From positions 1 to 64,000 of the forward strand of contig JBGAGQ010000033.1 of assembly GCA_044226625.1 (NCBI GenBank): a stretch of 64,000 bases of DNA, written 5' to 3'. The notes beneath the pieces are model-generated. The model ran no database searches, was not told the DNA's origin, and worked only from the letters and a program-made list of their open reading frames with translations. Origin of the DNA: Thermoanaerobaculia bacterium. Its GTDB lineage: Bacteria; Acidobacteriota; Thermoanaerobaculia; Multivoradales; UBA5704. Position numbers and translations under genes: made by a program. This document shows, one piece after another, positions 1 to 9,574 of this stretch; positions within the stretch are counted from its first letter, which is position 1, and every line of letters begins with the position of its first letter.

Positions 1-171
1 AACGTGAACCTGATTCCGATGAACGAGCACCCTCGCTCGGATTTTCGCGAGCCGGAAGGGGATCGGGTCCAGAGATTTCTGCGCCGCCTGCGCGAGCACG
101 GCTGTTTCGTGAGCGTGAGGAAGAGCCGCAGCCGCGACGTCCAAGGGGCGTGCGGGCAATTGGTGAGCTGA
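1..171 (+). CDS. rlmN: Dual-specificity RNA methyltransferase RlmN, 3' end (partial, truncated by window)
   Basis: Frame 1 reads NVNLIPMN...VSVRKSRSRDVQGACGQLVS*, matching the RlmN C-terminal VNLIPxN...RxSRGxDIxAACGQL signature; stop TGA 169-171. Confidence 0.9.
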   Translation, partial: NVNLIPMNEHPRSDFREPEGDRVQRFLRRLREHGCFVSVRKSRSRDVQGACGQLVS

Positions 172-176
172 GGGAG

Positions 177-350
177 GCCCCCCTCCTAGCCTCCCCCCGC
201 AAGCGGGGGGAGGGACGCTTTGGCGGGTGGTCGTGGAGAACCGATTACCTCTTACTCTCCGTACGCATTTCTCCGTACGCATTCGGCAACGGTTACAAGA
301 CTGAGCCTTTCTTCCTCCCCCGCTTGCGGGGGAGGACCGAGGTGGGGGCG
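177..350. repeat. REP-like palindromic element pair, locus 1 (inverted units 177-216 and 310-350)
   Basis: CCCCCCTCCTAGCCTCCCCCCGCAAGCGGGGGGAGGGA and TCTTCCTCCCCCGCTTGCGGGGGAGGACCGAGGTGGGGG; near-identical copies at 20071-20259 and 27224-27520. Confidence 0.85.
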
Positions 351-438
351 TCTCCGCAACCCCGGTGACGGAACCCGCTCGAAATGTCACCGCCTTCCGA
401 CCGACATCGTACCCGCCGGTCCCTACGATGCGCCGGTC

Positions 439-2376
439 ATGTCGATCGTGCTCGAGCAGCTCACCAAGCGATACCAAGGACATTCCGTCGTCCACGACCT
501 CTCCCTCGAGATCGCCGAAGGCGAGCTGTTCGTCCTGCTCGGCCCGAGCGGCAGCGGCAAGAGCACGGTGCTGCGGATGATCGCCGGGCTCGCCGAGGCG
601 GACGCCGGGCGCATCCTGCTCCACGGCCGCGACGTCACCCCCCTGCCGCCGCAGAGGCGCGGCGTCGGGTTCGTGTTCCAGAGCTACGCGCTCTTCCGCG
701 GCATGTCGGTCGCCGACAACATCGAGTTTCCGCTCGCAATCCGCAAGGTCGGCCGCGGCGAGCGGCGGCGGCGGCGCGACGAGCTGCTCGCGCTGGTGGG
801 CTTGGCGGGGCTCGGGGGCCGGATGCCGCGCCAGCTCTCCGGCGGCCAGCAGCAGCGGGTGGCGCTCGCCCGAGCGCTCGCGCACGAGCCGGAGGTCCTG
901 CTGCTCGACGAGCCCTTCGGCGCGCTCGACGCGCGCATCCGGACGGAGCTCCGGCGGACGATCCGCTCGATCCAAAAGGAGCTGGGCATCGCAGCGATCT
1001 TCGTGACCCACGATCAGGAGGAGGCGTTCGAGCTGGCCGACCGGCTCGCGGTCCTGAGCTTCGGCCGCCTGCTGGAGGCCGGCCCGCCGCAGGAGCTCTA
1101 CCTCCGGCCGCAGACCGAGTTCGTCGCCACCTTCCTCGGCAGCGCGAACCTGATGGTGGGGGAGACCACCCGGGCGGGCGTACGCCTCGGCCCCGTCGAG
1201 TTTCCGCTCGCGACGGAGCGCTCGCCGGAGCGCGTGCCGGAGCCGCGCCGGGTGCAGGTCCTGTTCCGTCCCGAGGACGTGGCGGTCAAGGAATCCGAGG
1301 AGGCCCTCGGCTATCCGCTGCTCGGCCGCGCGGTGGTCGAGCAGACCGCGCGGATTGGCGCGGCCGAGCGGCTCCGCCTGCGCCTGCCGCCGCTTGCCGG
1401 AGTCCGGCCGATCGCCCCCGACGTGCCGTTCGGCAGCGACTTCGCCCTGATCGACGCGGTGCGCTCGCAGCATCAGGCCTCCCGCTATCCCCTCCGCGCC
1501 GGCGACCCGGCCTGGGTCGGCGTACGCCGCATCCACGCGCTGGTCCATCCGGGGCTGTCGCTGATGCTCGCGACGGACGGCACGCCCGCCTCGGACAAGG
1601 CGGCGGATCTCGGCGGGCGGATCGCCCGGATGGCCCACGCGCGGGTGACCGTCCTCGCCGCCGATTCCGACGGCGGTTCGGGAAGGCGAGGGGGAGCGCA
1701 GCGGGCGCGAAGCGGTCTCGAAGAGCGTCTTCAGCGGGAAAAGGAGCGGCTGGGCAGCGGCCTCGCGTCGATCGAAGCCGTCGCGTCGCCGTCACCGTTC
1801 GGCGAGGCGCTCGCCGAGCAGGCGGAGCGCCGGCCGGTCGACCTCGTGGCGCTCGGCCTCGGCGGTCTCGGGGATCGCGGCGCGATCGCCCGCGCGGAGG
1901 AGGCGCTCGCCGCCGGCCCGCATCACCTACTCGCGGTACCGGAGACCGCGGGTGCCGACCTGCCGAGCCATTTGCTGATCTGCGTCGCCGTGGGCGAGCC
2001 GGGCAAGGAGGACGTCCTGTTCGCCGGCCGGCTCGCGCGCCACCTCGGCGCCGCGGCGACCGTCCTCACCGTGATCTCGGCCGAAGCGCCGAAGGCCGAT
2101 CTCGCGCTCGCCGACCGGTTTCTCGCCGCGGCCGTCCGCTCGCTCGGCCGAGTCGGGGTCGCGGCCGAGCCGGCGATCCGCCGCGGCGAGCCGCGGACGC
2201 AGATCCTCGCCGCCGCCGCGGCGCGCGCCGAGCCGACCCTGCTCGTCCTCGGCGCGCCCCTGGGCCGCGAACGCCACGAGCGGCGAGCTCCGGAGCTCGA
2301 CGGGTTGGTCGGCGACCTGCTCCTCGAGGCCAAGCGGCCGGTGCTGATCATCCGCTCGGGGGCCGGACTGCTTTGA
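439..2376 (+). CDS. cysA: Sulfate ABC transporter ATP-binding protein (CysA-like) fused to two C-terminal universal stress protein (USP) domains
   Basis: Walker A GPSGSGKS, LSGGQQQRVALARALA, LLLDEPFGALD, VTHDQEEA; C-terminus has two USP-type units (LMLATDGTPAS...DLVALG and LLICVA...LLVLGA...RPVLII); operon with sbp/cysT/cysW; start set at ATG 439 (MSIVLEQL). Confidence 0.85.
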   Translation: MSIVLEQLTKRYQGHSVVHDLSLEIAEGELFVLLGPSGSGKSTVLRMIAGLAEADAGRILLHGRDVTPLPPQRRGVGFVFQSYALFRGMSVADNIEFPLAIRKVGRGERRRRRDELLALVGLAGLGGRMPRQLSGGQQQRVALARALAHEPEVLLLDEPFGALDARIRTELRRTIRSIQKELGIAAIFVTHDQEEAFELADRLAVLSFGRLLEAGPPQELYLRPQTEFVATFLGSANLMVGETTRAGVRLGPVEFPLATERSPERVPEPRRVQVLFRPEDVAVKESEEALGYPLLGRAVVEQTARIGAAERLRLRLPPLAGVRPIAPDVPFGSDFALIDAVRSQHQASRYPLRAGDPAWVGVRRIHALVHPGLSLMLATDGTPASDKAADLGGRIARMAHARVTVLAADSDGGSGRRGGAQRARSGLEERLQREKERLGSGLASIEAVASPSPFGEALAEQAERRPVDLVALGLGGLGDRGAIARAEEALAAGPHHLLAVPETAGADLPSHLLICVAVGEPGKEDVLFAGRLARHLGAAATVLTVISAEAPKADLALADRFLAAAVRSLGRVGVAAEPAIRRGEPRTQILAAAAARAEPTLLVLGAPLGRERHERRAPELDGLVGDLLLEAKRPVLIIRSGAGLL

Positions 2377-2402
2377 CTCGAACCTTCAGGAGACGAATCG
2401 AC

Positions 2403-3878
2403 ATGAAACTTTCTACATCCCGGCCTTCAAGGCGCGCCTCGCTCCTCGCCCTGGCGCTGTGGGTCGCCGTCACCGGCGGCGTTTCCCGTGTCGTTCTCGC
2501 CCAGGAGCCGCAGGCTCCGAATGCGCCCGCCGCCACGGCGCCGGGCGAAGGCGAGCCGACCGAAACGGCCGAGCCGCCGAAATCGGTCGAAGAGCGCCTC
2601 GACGCGATCGACCAGAAGCTGCGCGTGCTCGACCGCAAGGGCGAGATCGAGGACGAGGCGGAGGCCGAGACGGCGAAGACCGCCACCACGGCGACGAGCG
2701 GCAAGGACGGCTTTTCGCTCAAGTCCGCCGACGGCGCGTTCGTCTTGAAGATCCGCGGCTACGTGCAGTTCGACGGCCGGTTCTATGCCGACGACGAACA
2801 GAAGCCGGCGACCGACACCTTCCTCCTCCGGCGGGTGCGCCCGATCCTCGAAGGGACGATCTGGAAGATCTTCGACTACCGCGTGATGCCCGATTTCGGC
2901 GGCGGCACGACGGTGCTCCAGGACGCCTATCTCGAAGCGCGCTTCTCCCCGGCGGCGAGGCTCCGGGCCGGCAAGTTCAAGCCGCCGGTCGGCTACGAGC
3001 GGCTCCAGTCGGGTACCGACATCCTGTTCGTCGAGCGCGCGTTGCCGACCGCTCTGGTTCCGAACCGTGACCTCGGCGTCCAGCTCTCGGGCGACCTCGC
3101 CGGCGGCCGGGTGAGCTATGCGGCCGGCGTGTTCGACGGGGTGGTCGACGGCGGCAGCGGCGATCTCGATTCGAACAGCGGCAAGGACGTGGCGGCGCGC
3201 CTGTTCTTCCAGCCGTTCCAGAAGGCCGACGCGCTCGCGTTGCGCGGCCTCGGTTTCGGCGTCGCCGCAAGTCAAGGGAGGCAGGAGGGGACCCTTTCGG
3301 CCCCGGGGCTTCCCTCCTATCGCACCGACGGCCAGCAGACCTTCTTCTCCTATCGGACCGACGGGACCGCGGCGGGCACCGCGATCGCGAACGGCGACCG
3401 CACGAGGATCTCGCCGCAGCTCTCCTGGTACGCCGGAGCGTTCGGCCTTCTCGCCGAGTACGTGACCAGCTCGCAGGAGGTGCGGCGAGGCGCGGTCGCG
3501 GCGGACCTTACGAACCGGTCGTGGCAGGTCTCGGCCTCGTACGTGCTGTTCGGCGGCGGCTCGCCGACCTACAAGGCGGTGTCGCCCAAGAAGCCGTTCG
3601 ACCCCGCGAACCGGGGTTGGGGGGCGTTCGAGCTCGCCGCCCGCTATGCCGAGCTCGCCGTCGACGACGACGCGTTCCCGCTGTTCGCTAGCCCGACCTC
3701 GTCCGCCTCGCTCGCGAAAGCCTGGTCGGTGGGCGCGAACTGGTACCTCAACAAGAACGTCCGATGGGCGCTCGACTACGCGGTCACCTCGTTCGAAGGG
3801 GGAGCCGCCGCGGGTGCCGCGATCGACGACCGCGAGGACGAGAAGGTCCTGCTCAGCCGGTTCCAGATCAACTTCTAG
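2403..3878 (+). CDS. OprO/OprP-family anion-selective outer membrane porin
   Basis: Signal peptide, short coiled coil, FLLRRVRP, DAYLEARF, GAFELAARY, GANWYLN, terminal RFQINF; RBS AGGAG before ATG 2403. Confidence 0.85.
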   Translation: MKLSTSRPSRRASLLALALWVAVTGGVSRVVLAQEPQAPNAPAATAPGEGEPTETAEPPKSVEERLDAIDQKLRVLDRKGEIEDEAEAETAKTATTATSGKDGFSLKSADGAFVLKIRGYVQFDGRFYADDEQKPATDTFLLRRVRPILEGTIWKIFDYRVMPDFGGGTTVLQDAYLEARFSPAARLRAGKFKPPVGYERLQSGTDILFVERALPTALVPNRDLGVQLSGDLAGGRVSYAAGVFDGVVDGGSGDLDSNSGKDVAARLFFQPFQKADALALRGLGFGVAASQGRQEGTLSAPGLPSYRTDGQQTFFSYRTDGTAAGTAIANGDRTRISPQLSWYAGAFGLLAEYVTSSQEVRRGAVAADLTNRSWQVSASYVLFGGGSPTYKAVSPKKPFDPANRGWGAFELAARYAELAVDDDAFPLFASPTSSASLAKAWSVGANWYLNKNVRWALDYAVTSFEGGAAAGAAIDDREDEKVLLSRFQINF

Positions 3879-3890
3879 GGAATCCTTGCC

Positions 3891-4883
3891 ATGAGAATGA
3901 ACCGAAGCCTGACCGCGCTCCTTGCCCTGCTCGCCAGCCTTCCCGCCGGGGCGGCGAGCCTGTTGAACGTCTCCTACGACCCGACCCGCGAGCTCTACCA
4001 GGACTTCAACGCCGCTTTCGCGAAACAGTGGAAGGCGAAGACCGGCCAGGACGTCGCCCTCCAGCAGTCGCACGGCGGCTCGGGCAAGCAGGCGCGCTCG
4101 GTGGTGGACGGGCTCGAGGCCGACGTCGTCACCCTGGCGCTCGCCTACGACATCGACGCGATCGCCGCCTCCGGGCTCCTGCCCGCGAACTGGCAGACGC
4201 TGCTGCCGAACCGCAGCACGCCGTACACCTCGACGATCGTCTTCCTGGTGCGCAAGGGGAATCCGAAGAAGATCCGCGACTGGGAGGACCTCGCGCGTCC
4301 CGGCATCTCGGTGATCACGCCGAATCCGAAGACCTCCGGCGGCGCGCGCTGGAACTACCTCGCCGCCTGGGGCTACGCGCTGGGCAAATACGGCACCGAA
4401 GCGAAGGCGAAGGACCTCGTCACGCGCATCTACAAGAACGTGCCGATCCTCGACACCGGCGCCCGCGGCTCGACCGTCACGTTCGTCGAGCGGGGGATCG
4501 GCGACGTCCTGATCGCCTGGGAGAACGAGGCGCTCTATTCGGTCCAGAAGCTCGGTAAGGGAAAGTTCGAGATCGTCGCGCCTTCCAAGAGCATCCTCGC
4601 CGAGCCGCCGGTCGCGGTGGTCTCCCGCGTGGCGAAGAAGCACAAGACCGAGGCGCTCGCCAAGGCCTATCTCGAGTATCTCTACTCGCCGGAGGGGCAG
4701 GAGATCGCGGCGCGCCATTTCTATCGACCGCGGCGGCCCGAGGTCGCCGCGAAATACGCCGCGCAGTTTCCGAAGCTGACGCTGTTCACGATCGACGACG
4801 TGTTCGGCGGCTGGGCGAAAGCGCAGAAGACCCACTTCGCCGACGGCGGCGTGTTCGACCAGATCTACCAGGCGGGTCGCTGA
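3891..4883 (+). CDS. sbp: Sulfate ABC transporter substrate-binding protein
   Basis: [54 protein letters not shown]. Confidence 0.95.
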   Translation: MRMNRSLTALLALLASLPAGAASLLNVSYDPTRELYQDFNAAFAKQWKAKTGQDVALQQSHGGSGKQARSVVDGLEADVVTLALAYDIDAIAASGLLPANWQTLLPNRSTPYTSTIVFLVRKGNPKKIRDWEDLARPGISVITPNPKTSGGARWNYLAAWGYALGKYGTEAKAKDLVTRIYKNVPILDTGARGSTVTFVERGIGDVLIAWENEALYSVQKLGKGKFEIVAPSKSILAEPPVAVVSRVAKKHKTEALAKAYLEYLYSPEGQEIAARHFYRPRRPEVAAKYAAQFPKLTLFTIDDVFGGWAKAQKTHFADGGVFDQIYQAGR

Positions 4884-4890
4884 GGCCAGC

Positions 4891-4938
4891 CGGCGGCCGA
4901 TTCGGCGGACGATGCGGCGGACGATTCGGCGGACGATG
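4891..4938. repeat. 4 x 12 bp tandem repeat CGGCGGACGAT(T/G) between sbp and cysT
   Basis: cggcggccgatt cggcggacgatg cggcggacgatt cggcggacgatg; last unit supplies ATG 4936. Confidence 0.85.
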
Positions 4939-5805
4939 GAGAGCGAGAAAGCAGTGCCCACGCGGCGGCGGAGAAGGAAGCGGGGAAACCTCCCCGGGTT
5001 CGGGCTGTCGCTCGGCTTCACCCTCGCCTACCTGTCGCTGATCGTCCTGATCCCCTTGTCCGCCGTCTTCTTGAAAAGCGCCTCGCTCACCTGGGAGGCG
5101 TTCTGGGGCATCCTCACCGACCCGCGGACGCTCGCGGCGTATCGTCTGAGCCTCCTCGCCTCGCTCGCGGCGGCGGTGTTGAACGTGCTGTTCGGCGTGC
5201 TCGTCGCCTGGGTGCTCGAACGGTACGACTTTCCCGGCCGGCGGCTGGTGGATGCGCTCGTCGACCTGCCGTTCGCCCTCCCGACCGCGGTCGCGGGCAT
5301 CGCGCTCGCCACGCTGTATTCGGCGAACGGTTGGCTCGGCGGCCTGCTCGAACCGCTCGGTGTCAAGGTCGCCTACACGCCGCTCGGCATCGTCGTGGCG
5401 CTCACGTTCATCGGCCTGCCGTTCGTCGTGCGGACGGTCCAGCCGGTGCTCGCCGGGCTCTATCCGGAGGTCGAAGAGGCGGCGGTCTCGCTCGGCGCCG
5501 GGCGCGGCGCGCTGTTCTTCCGGGTGCTGCTGCCCGAGATCGCGCCGGCCGCGGCGACCGGGTTCGTCCTTGCCTTCGCCCGCGCGCTCGGCGAATACGG
5601 CTCGGTGATCTTCATCGCCGGCAACATGCCGATGCGCTCGGAGATCACCCCGCTCCTGATCATGATCAAGCTGGAGCAGTACGACTATGCCGGAGCGACC
5701 GCGATCGCCTCGGCGTTTCTGTTGGTCTCCTTCTCGCTGCTGCTCGCGATCAACCTGCTCACCCTCCGCTTGAAGCGGGCGGTGCCGGCCGAGCCGGCGG
5801 TCTGA
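4936..5805 (+). CDS. cysT: Sulfate ABC transporter permease CysT
   Basis: LPGFGLSLGFTLAYLSLIVLIPL, DLPFALPTAVAG, ARALGEYGSVIFIAGNMP; start could also be 4912. Confidence 0.93.
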   Translation: MESEKAVPTRRRRRKRGNLPGFGLSLGFTLAYLSLIVLIPLSAVFLKSASLTWEAFWGILTDPRTLAAYRLSLLASLAAAVLNVLFGVLVAWVLERYDFPGRRLVDALVDLPFALPTAVAGIALATLYSANGWLGGLLEPLGVKVAYTPLGIVVALTFIGLPFVVRTVQPVLAGLYPEVEEAAVSLGAGRGALFFRVLLPEIAPAAATGFVLAFARALGEYGSVIFIAGNMPMRSEITPLLIMIKLEQYDYAGATAIASAFLLVSFSLLLAINLLTLRLKRAVPAEPAV

Positions 5806-5816
5806 GGATCGCGACG

Positions 5817-6659
5817 ATGACCCCATACCGCGAATCGGCCTCGTCGCGAGCGACCTCCGAGAGCCCGTGGGTGCGCCGCCTGCTGATCGGCGGGGCACTC
5901 GCGTTTCTCCTGGTGTTCCTGGTGGTGCCGTTGGTCCTCGTCTTCAAGGAGGCGTTCGCGGCCGGGGTAAAGGCCTATCGCGCCGCGATCTCCGAGCCCG
6001 ACGCCCGCTCGGCGATCCGGCTCACGCTCACGGCCGCCGCGATCGCCGTGCCGGTGAACCTCCTGTTCGGCCTCGCCGCGGCGTGGGCGATCGCCAAGTT
6101 CCGATTCCGGGGCAAGAATCTGCTGATCACGCTGATCGACGTGCCGTTCGCGGTCTCGCCGGTGATCGCCGGGATGATGTTCGTCCTGCTGTTCGGCCTC
6201 CACGGCTGGTTCGGGCCGTGGCTGTTCGATCACGACGTCAAGGTCGTCTTCGCCCTGCCGGGTATCGTCCTCGCGACGATCTTCGTCACCGCGCCGATGA
6301 TCGCGCGCGAGCTGCTGCCGCTGCTCGAATCGCAAGGGAGCGCGGAAGAGGAGGCGGCGCTCACCCTCGGCGCCTCGGGTTGGCAGACGTTTTCCCGCAT
6401 CAGCCTGCCGAAGATCCGCTGGGGCTTGCTGTACGGGGTGATCCTCGCGAACGCCCGCGCGATGGGCGAGTTCGGCGCGGTGTCGGTGGTCTCGGGGCAC
6501 ATCCGGGGTCTCACCAACACGCTGCCGCTCCACGTCGAGATCCTCTACAACGAGTACGCGTTCCAAGCCGCGTTCGCGGTCGCCTCGCTGCTCGCGTGCC
6601 TCGCCCTCGTGACGCTCGCGGCGAAGAGCCTCGTCGAGTGGCGCCTGGGCCGGCGCTAG
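5817..6659 (+). CDS. cysW: Sulfate ABC transporter permease CysW
   Basis: TLIDVPFAVSPVIAG, NARAMGEFGAVSVVSGHIRG, LPLHVEILYNEY. Confidence 0.93.
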   Translation: MTPYRESASSRATSESPWVRRLLIGGALAFLLVFLVVPLVLVFKEAFAAGVKAYRAAISEPDARSAIRLTLTAAAIAVPVNLLFGLAAAWAIAKFRFRGKNLLITLIDVPFAVSPVIAGMMFVLLFGLHGWFGPWLFDHDVKVVFALPGIVLATIFVTAPMIARELLPLLESQGSAEEEAALTLGASGWQTFSRISLPKIRWGLLYGVILANARAMGEFGAVSVVSGHIRGLTNTLPLHVEILYNEYAFQAAFAVASLLACLALVTLAAKSLVEWRLGRR

Positions 6660-6716
6660 GGGGGCCGCGCGGGCCCAAGTCCCCTCGGAGCAGCGGATAG
6701 ACTTCTCCCCGAGCCC

Positions 6717-8753
6717 ATGCGCCGGATCCGCCTCAACACCGTCCTCGTCGGCTCGACCGCGTTCCTGGTCCTCTTCGCGGTGCTCGCGATCGCGCTCGCG
6801 ACCCTGCGCCTGCTCGGGCGATGGGCCGACGAGCAGGCGTTCGCGCGCGTGGCACTCGCGGGCTCGGCGGCGCGCCCGGCGGGCGCGCGCTCGGCCGCGG
6901 ACGTGCGCACGGCCGCTCGTCTGCTCGCCGAGCGGCCGACCGCCGCGCGGCTCCTCGCCGAAGGGGACACGGCCGCGCTCGCGATGTTCCTCGAACGTTT
7001 CCGCGCGACGAGCGGGCTCTCCTATTGCGCGGTCGCCGCCGACGGCCGGGTCTTCGCCGCCGCGGGCAGCGTCCCCTCGCGGGGAGATCTCACCTTCGTC
7101 GCCCGCGAGCCGTTCGCCGCTCGGCAGGGCGCCGAGGCGGTCTGCGCGCTCGCGCTCGACGAGCGCTTCGCGGCGCGGATTGCAGGGCAGGTGGGGCTCC
7201 CGGTGCGCCTTTCCCTCGGGGGCCCCGTGGAGGAGCCGGAGCCGGTTCGGGGGCCCGTGCGCGAGGGGGAGCGTTACGTGGCGCGCGAGGTCGTCGCGCG
7301 AGAGGGGCTCTCGGTCGCGGTCGAGACGTCGCTGCCGCGGGACGCGATCGCCGCGTCGCTGCGCACGCTCGAACGGCGGTTCCTGCTGCTTGCGCTCGCC
7401 GTCGCGATGCTCGCAATCCTTGTCGGCGGATGGCTCGGCCGCCGGATCTCCGGACCGATCCAGACGCTCGAACGGGCGGCCCTGCGGATCGGCGGCGGCG
7501 ATCTTGCGAACCCGATCTCCGAGATCCCCGGCCCGGGCGCGACCCCGGCGATCCCGGCGGTCCCGGCGGTCCTGGAGGTCGCAGAGGTCGGCTCGCTCGC
7601 GGCGGCGATGGAGGAGATGCGACGCCGGCTCGGGGCGCTCACCACCGAGCTGCGCCGCCGTCGCGCCGAAACCGAGGCGGTCCTCTCCGGCATCGCCGAT
7701 GGAGTTTTCTCCGTCGATCGCGACCGGCGCATCCGCTATCTGAACCCGCAGGCCGCGGCGCTCCTGGGCGTCGCCCCGAACGAGGCCTTGGGCCGCTTCT
7801 GCGGCGACGTGCTCGATCCCGTCGGAGAGGACGGCGTTCGCCCGTGCGAGGCGAACTGCCCGATCGTCCACGCCCGCTTCCGCGGCGGAGCGCGGGCGAC
7901 CGAGTCGCTGCGCCGGGGCGACGGCAAGCTCGCGGTGGTGATCACCAGCGCCGAGATCGCCGAGGAGCAGCAGGTTCAGGTGATCCGCGCCGAGACCGGC
8001 CTCGAGACCTCGCGCCGGCTGCGCGACGCCGTGGTGGCAAACGTCTCGCACGAGTTCAAGACGCCGCTCGCGGCGCAGCTCGCCTCGCTCGAATTGCTCG
8101 CCGAGCGGCTCGACGAACTGGGCGACGAGCCGGCGCGCAAGCTCGCGGCGTCGCTCGAACGGGGGACGCTCCGCCTCACGCGGCTGATCGACAACCTGCT
8201 CGAAAGCGTGCGAATCGAAGCGGGGGAGGACCGCATCCGCAAGAGTCCCGTGGCGCTCGACGAGGTGGTCGAACAGGCGGCCGAGCTGACCGCGCCGCTG
8301 CTCGAACGGCGGGGGCAGAAGCTGTCGATCGATTTGCCGTTCCCGCTTCCGCGCGTCGTCGGGGACGCCGAGCGGTTGACCCAGGTGCTCGTGAACCTGC
8401 TCGCGAACGCGCAGAAGTTCGCCCCCGAGGGCACGACGATCACGATCGGTGGGCGCGCCGAGCCGGGGAAGGTGCGGCTCTGGGTGGACGACGAGGGGCC
8501 GGGCCTGCCGTCGGGCTCGCCCGACGATCTGTTCGCCCGCTTCGTTCGAACGCCCAAGCGCCACGTTGGGCGCGGGGCGGACGGACCCGGGGCCGAGCCC
8601 ACCGAGCCCGAGGAGACCGGGATGGGGCTCGGCCTGTTCATCGTCCGCTCGATCGTCGAGCGCCACGGCGGGCGCGTCATGGCGCAGCCGCTCGCGAAGG
8701 GGGCTCGCTTCTCGTTCACCCTCCCCGCGCTCGCCGCCGAGGAGGCCGCGTGA
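6717..8753 (+). CDS. Membrane sensor histidine kinase (TM-extracytoplasmic-TM-HAMP-PAS-HisKA-HATPase)
   Basis: H-box VSHEFKTPL, N-box QVLVNLLANAQKF, DEGPGL, GMGLGL; PAS-like segment carrying FCGDVL...RPCEANCP. Confidence 0.9.
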   Translation: MRRIRLNTVLVGSTAFLVLFAVLAIALATLRLLGRWADEQAFARVALAGSAARPAGARSAADVRTAARLLAERPTAARLLAEGDTAALAMFLERFRATSGLSYCAVAADGRVFAAAGSVPSRGDLTFVAREPFAARQGAEAVCALALDERFAARIAGQVGLPVRLSLGGPVEEPEPVRGPVREGERYVAREVVAREGLSVAVETSLPRDAIAASLRTLERRFLLLALAVAMLAILVGGWLGRRISGPIQTLERAALRIGGGDLANPISEIPGPGATPAIPAVPAVLEVAEVGSLAAAMEEMRRRLGALTTELRRRRAETEAVLSGIADGVFSVDRDRRIRYLNPQAAALLGVAPNEALGRFCGDVLDPVGEDGVRPCEANCPIVHARFRGGARATESLRRGDGKLAVVITSAEIAEEQQVQVIRAETGLETSRRLRDAVVANVSHEFKTPLAAQLASLELLAERLDELGDEPARKLAASLERGTLRLTRLIDNLLESVRIEAGEDRIRKSPVALDEVVEQAAELTAPLLERRGQKLSIDLPFPLPRVVGDAERLTQVLVNLLANAQKFAPEGTTITIGGRAEPGKVRLWVDDEGPGLPSGSPDDLFARFVRTPKRHVGRGADGPGAEPTEPEETGMGLGLFIVRSIVERHGGRVMAQPLAKGARFSFTLPALAAEEAA

Positions 8754-9460
8754 AGATCCTGGTGGTCGACGACGACCCCGACCTGCGCGATCTGATCGGC
8801 TACACGCTGCGCCGCGACGGCTATTTCGTGTTGGAGGCGGAAGACGGGCAAAAGGGGCTCCTGCTCGCCGAGGTGGAGCGGCCCGATCTCGTGCTGCTCG
8901 ACGTGAACCTGCCGCGGATCGACGGCTTCGAAGTCTGCCGCCGTCTCCGCGCCGGCTCGACGACCGCGGCCATTCCAGTCGTCATGCTCACCGTGCGCGG
9001 CAGCGAGGAGGACCAGGTCCGCGGCCTCGACCTCGGGGCCGACGACTACCTGTCGAAGCCGTTCTCCCCGCGTACCCTGCTCGCCCGCGTCCGGGCCCTC
9101 CTTCGCCGCGCGAGCGGGGGAGAGCGCCCGCAACCTCTCGCGGTGGGAGACCTCTCGATCGACGTCGAAGCGCAGAGCGTCCGCGTCGCGGGAGCCGAGC
9201 CGGTGCGCCTGACGCGGCTCGAGTTTCGCCTGCTCCAACTGCTCGCGGCGAACGCCGGAGTCGACCTGCCGTTCGAACGCCTGCTCCGCCACGTCTGGGG
9301 CGACCGGATCTCGGGCGACCGCCAGGCGCTCAAACAGCTGGTTCACCGCCTCCGCCAGAAGATCGAAGCGCAACCGGCCGAGCCGCGCTATCTTCTATCG
9401 GCTGCGGGGATCGGCTACCGGCTAGCGGATCGAGGAAACGAGAGCACGGAAGGAGATTAG
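8750..9460 (+). CDS. OmpR/PhoB-family response regulator
   Basis: GTG start overlapping the kinase stop (GTGA); KILVVDDD, PDLVLLDVNLP, GADDYLSKPFS, wHTH ending GIGYRL. Confidence 0.93.
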   Translation: MKILVVDDDPDLRDLIGYTLRRDGYFVLEAEDGQKGLLLAEVERPDLVLLDVNLPRIDGFEVCRRLRAGSTTAAIPVVMLTVRGSEEDQVRGLDLGADDYLSKPFSPRTLLARVRALLRRASGGERPQPLAVGDLSIDVEAQSVRVAGAEPVRLTRLEFRLLQLLAANAGVDLPFERLLRHVWGDRISGDRQALKQLVHRLRQKIEAQPAEPRYLLSAAGIGYRLADRGNESTEGD

Positions 9461-9574
9461 GCTCAACGGGCGCGGAATCTCGTCATCCGCAGCCGCCACC
9501 GCGAACCGGAGCCCTGAAGCCATCATCGGTCGCGGAGAGTCGCTCGCGGCGTCAAAAGACCGAAAATCGGCCGC

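Noticed and set aside
220-438. N-terminal extensions of ORF-track calls (e.g. cysA from 220, porin from 384, response regulator from 6821, otsA from 37585)
   Set aside because: They run through repeats or overlap other genes; family-typical N-termini with an RBS or -10 box lie downstream
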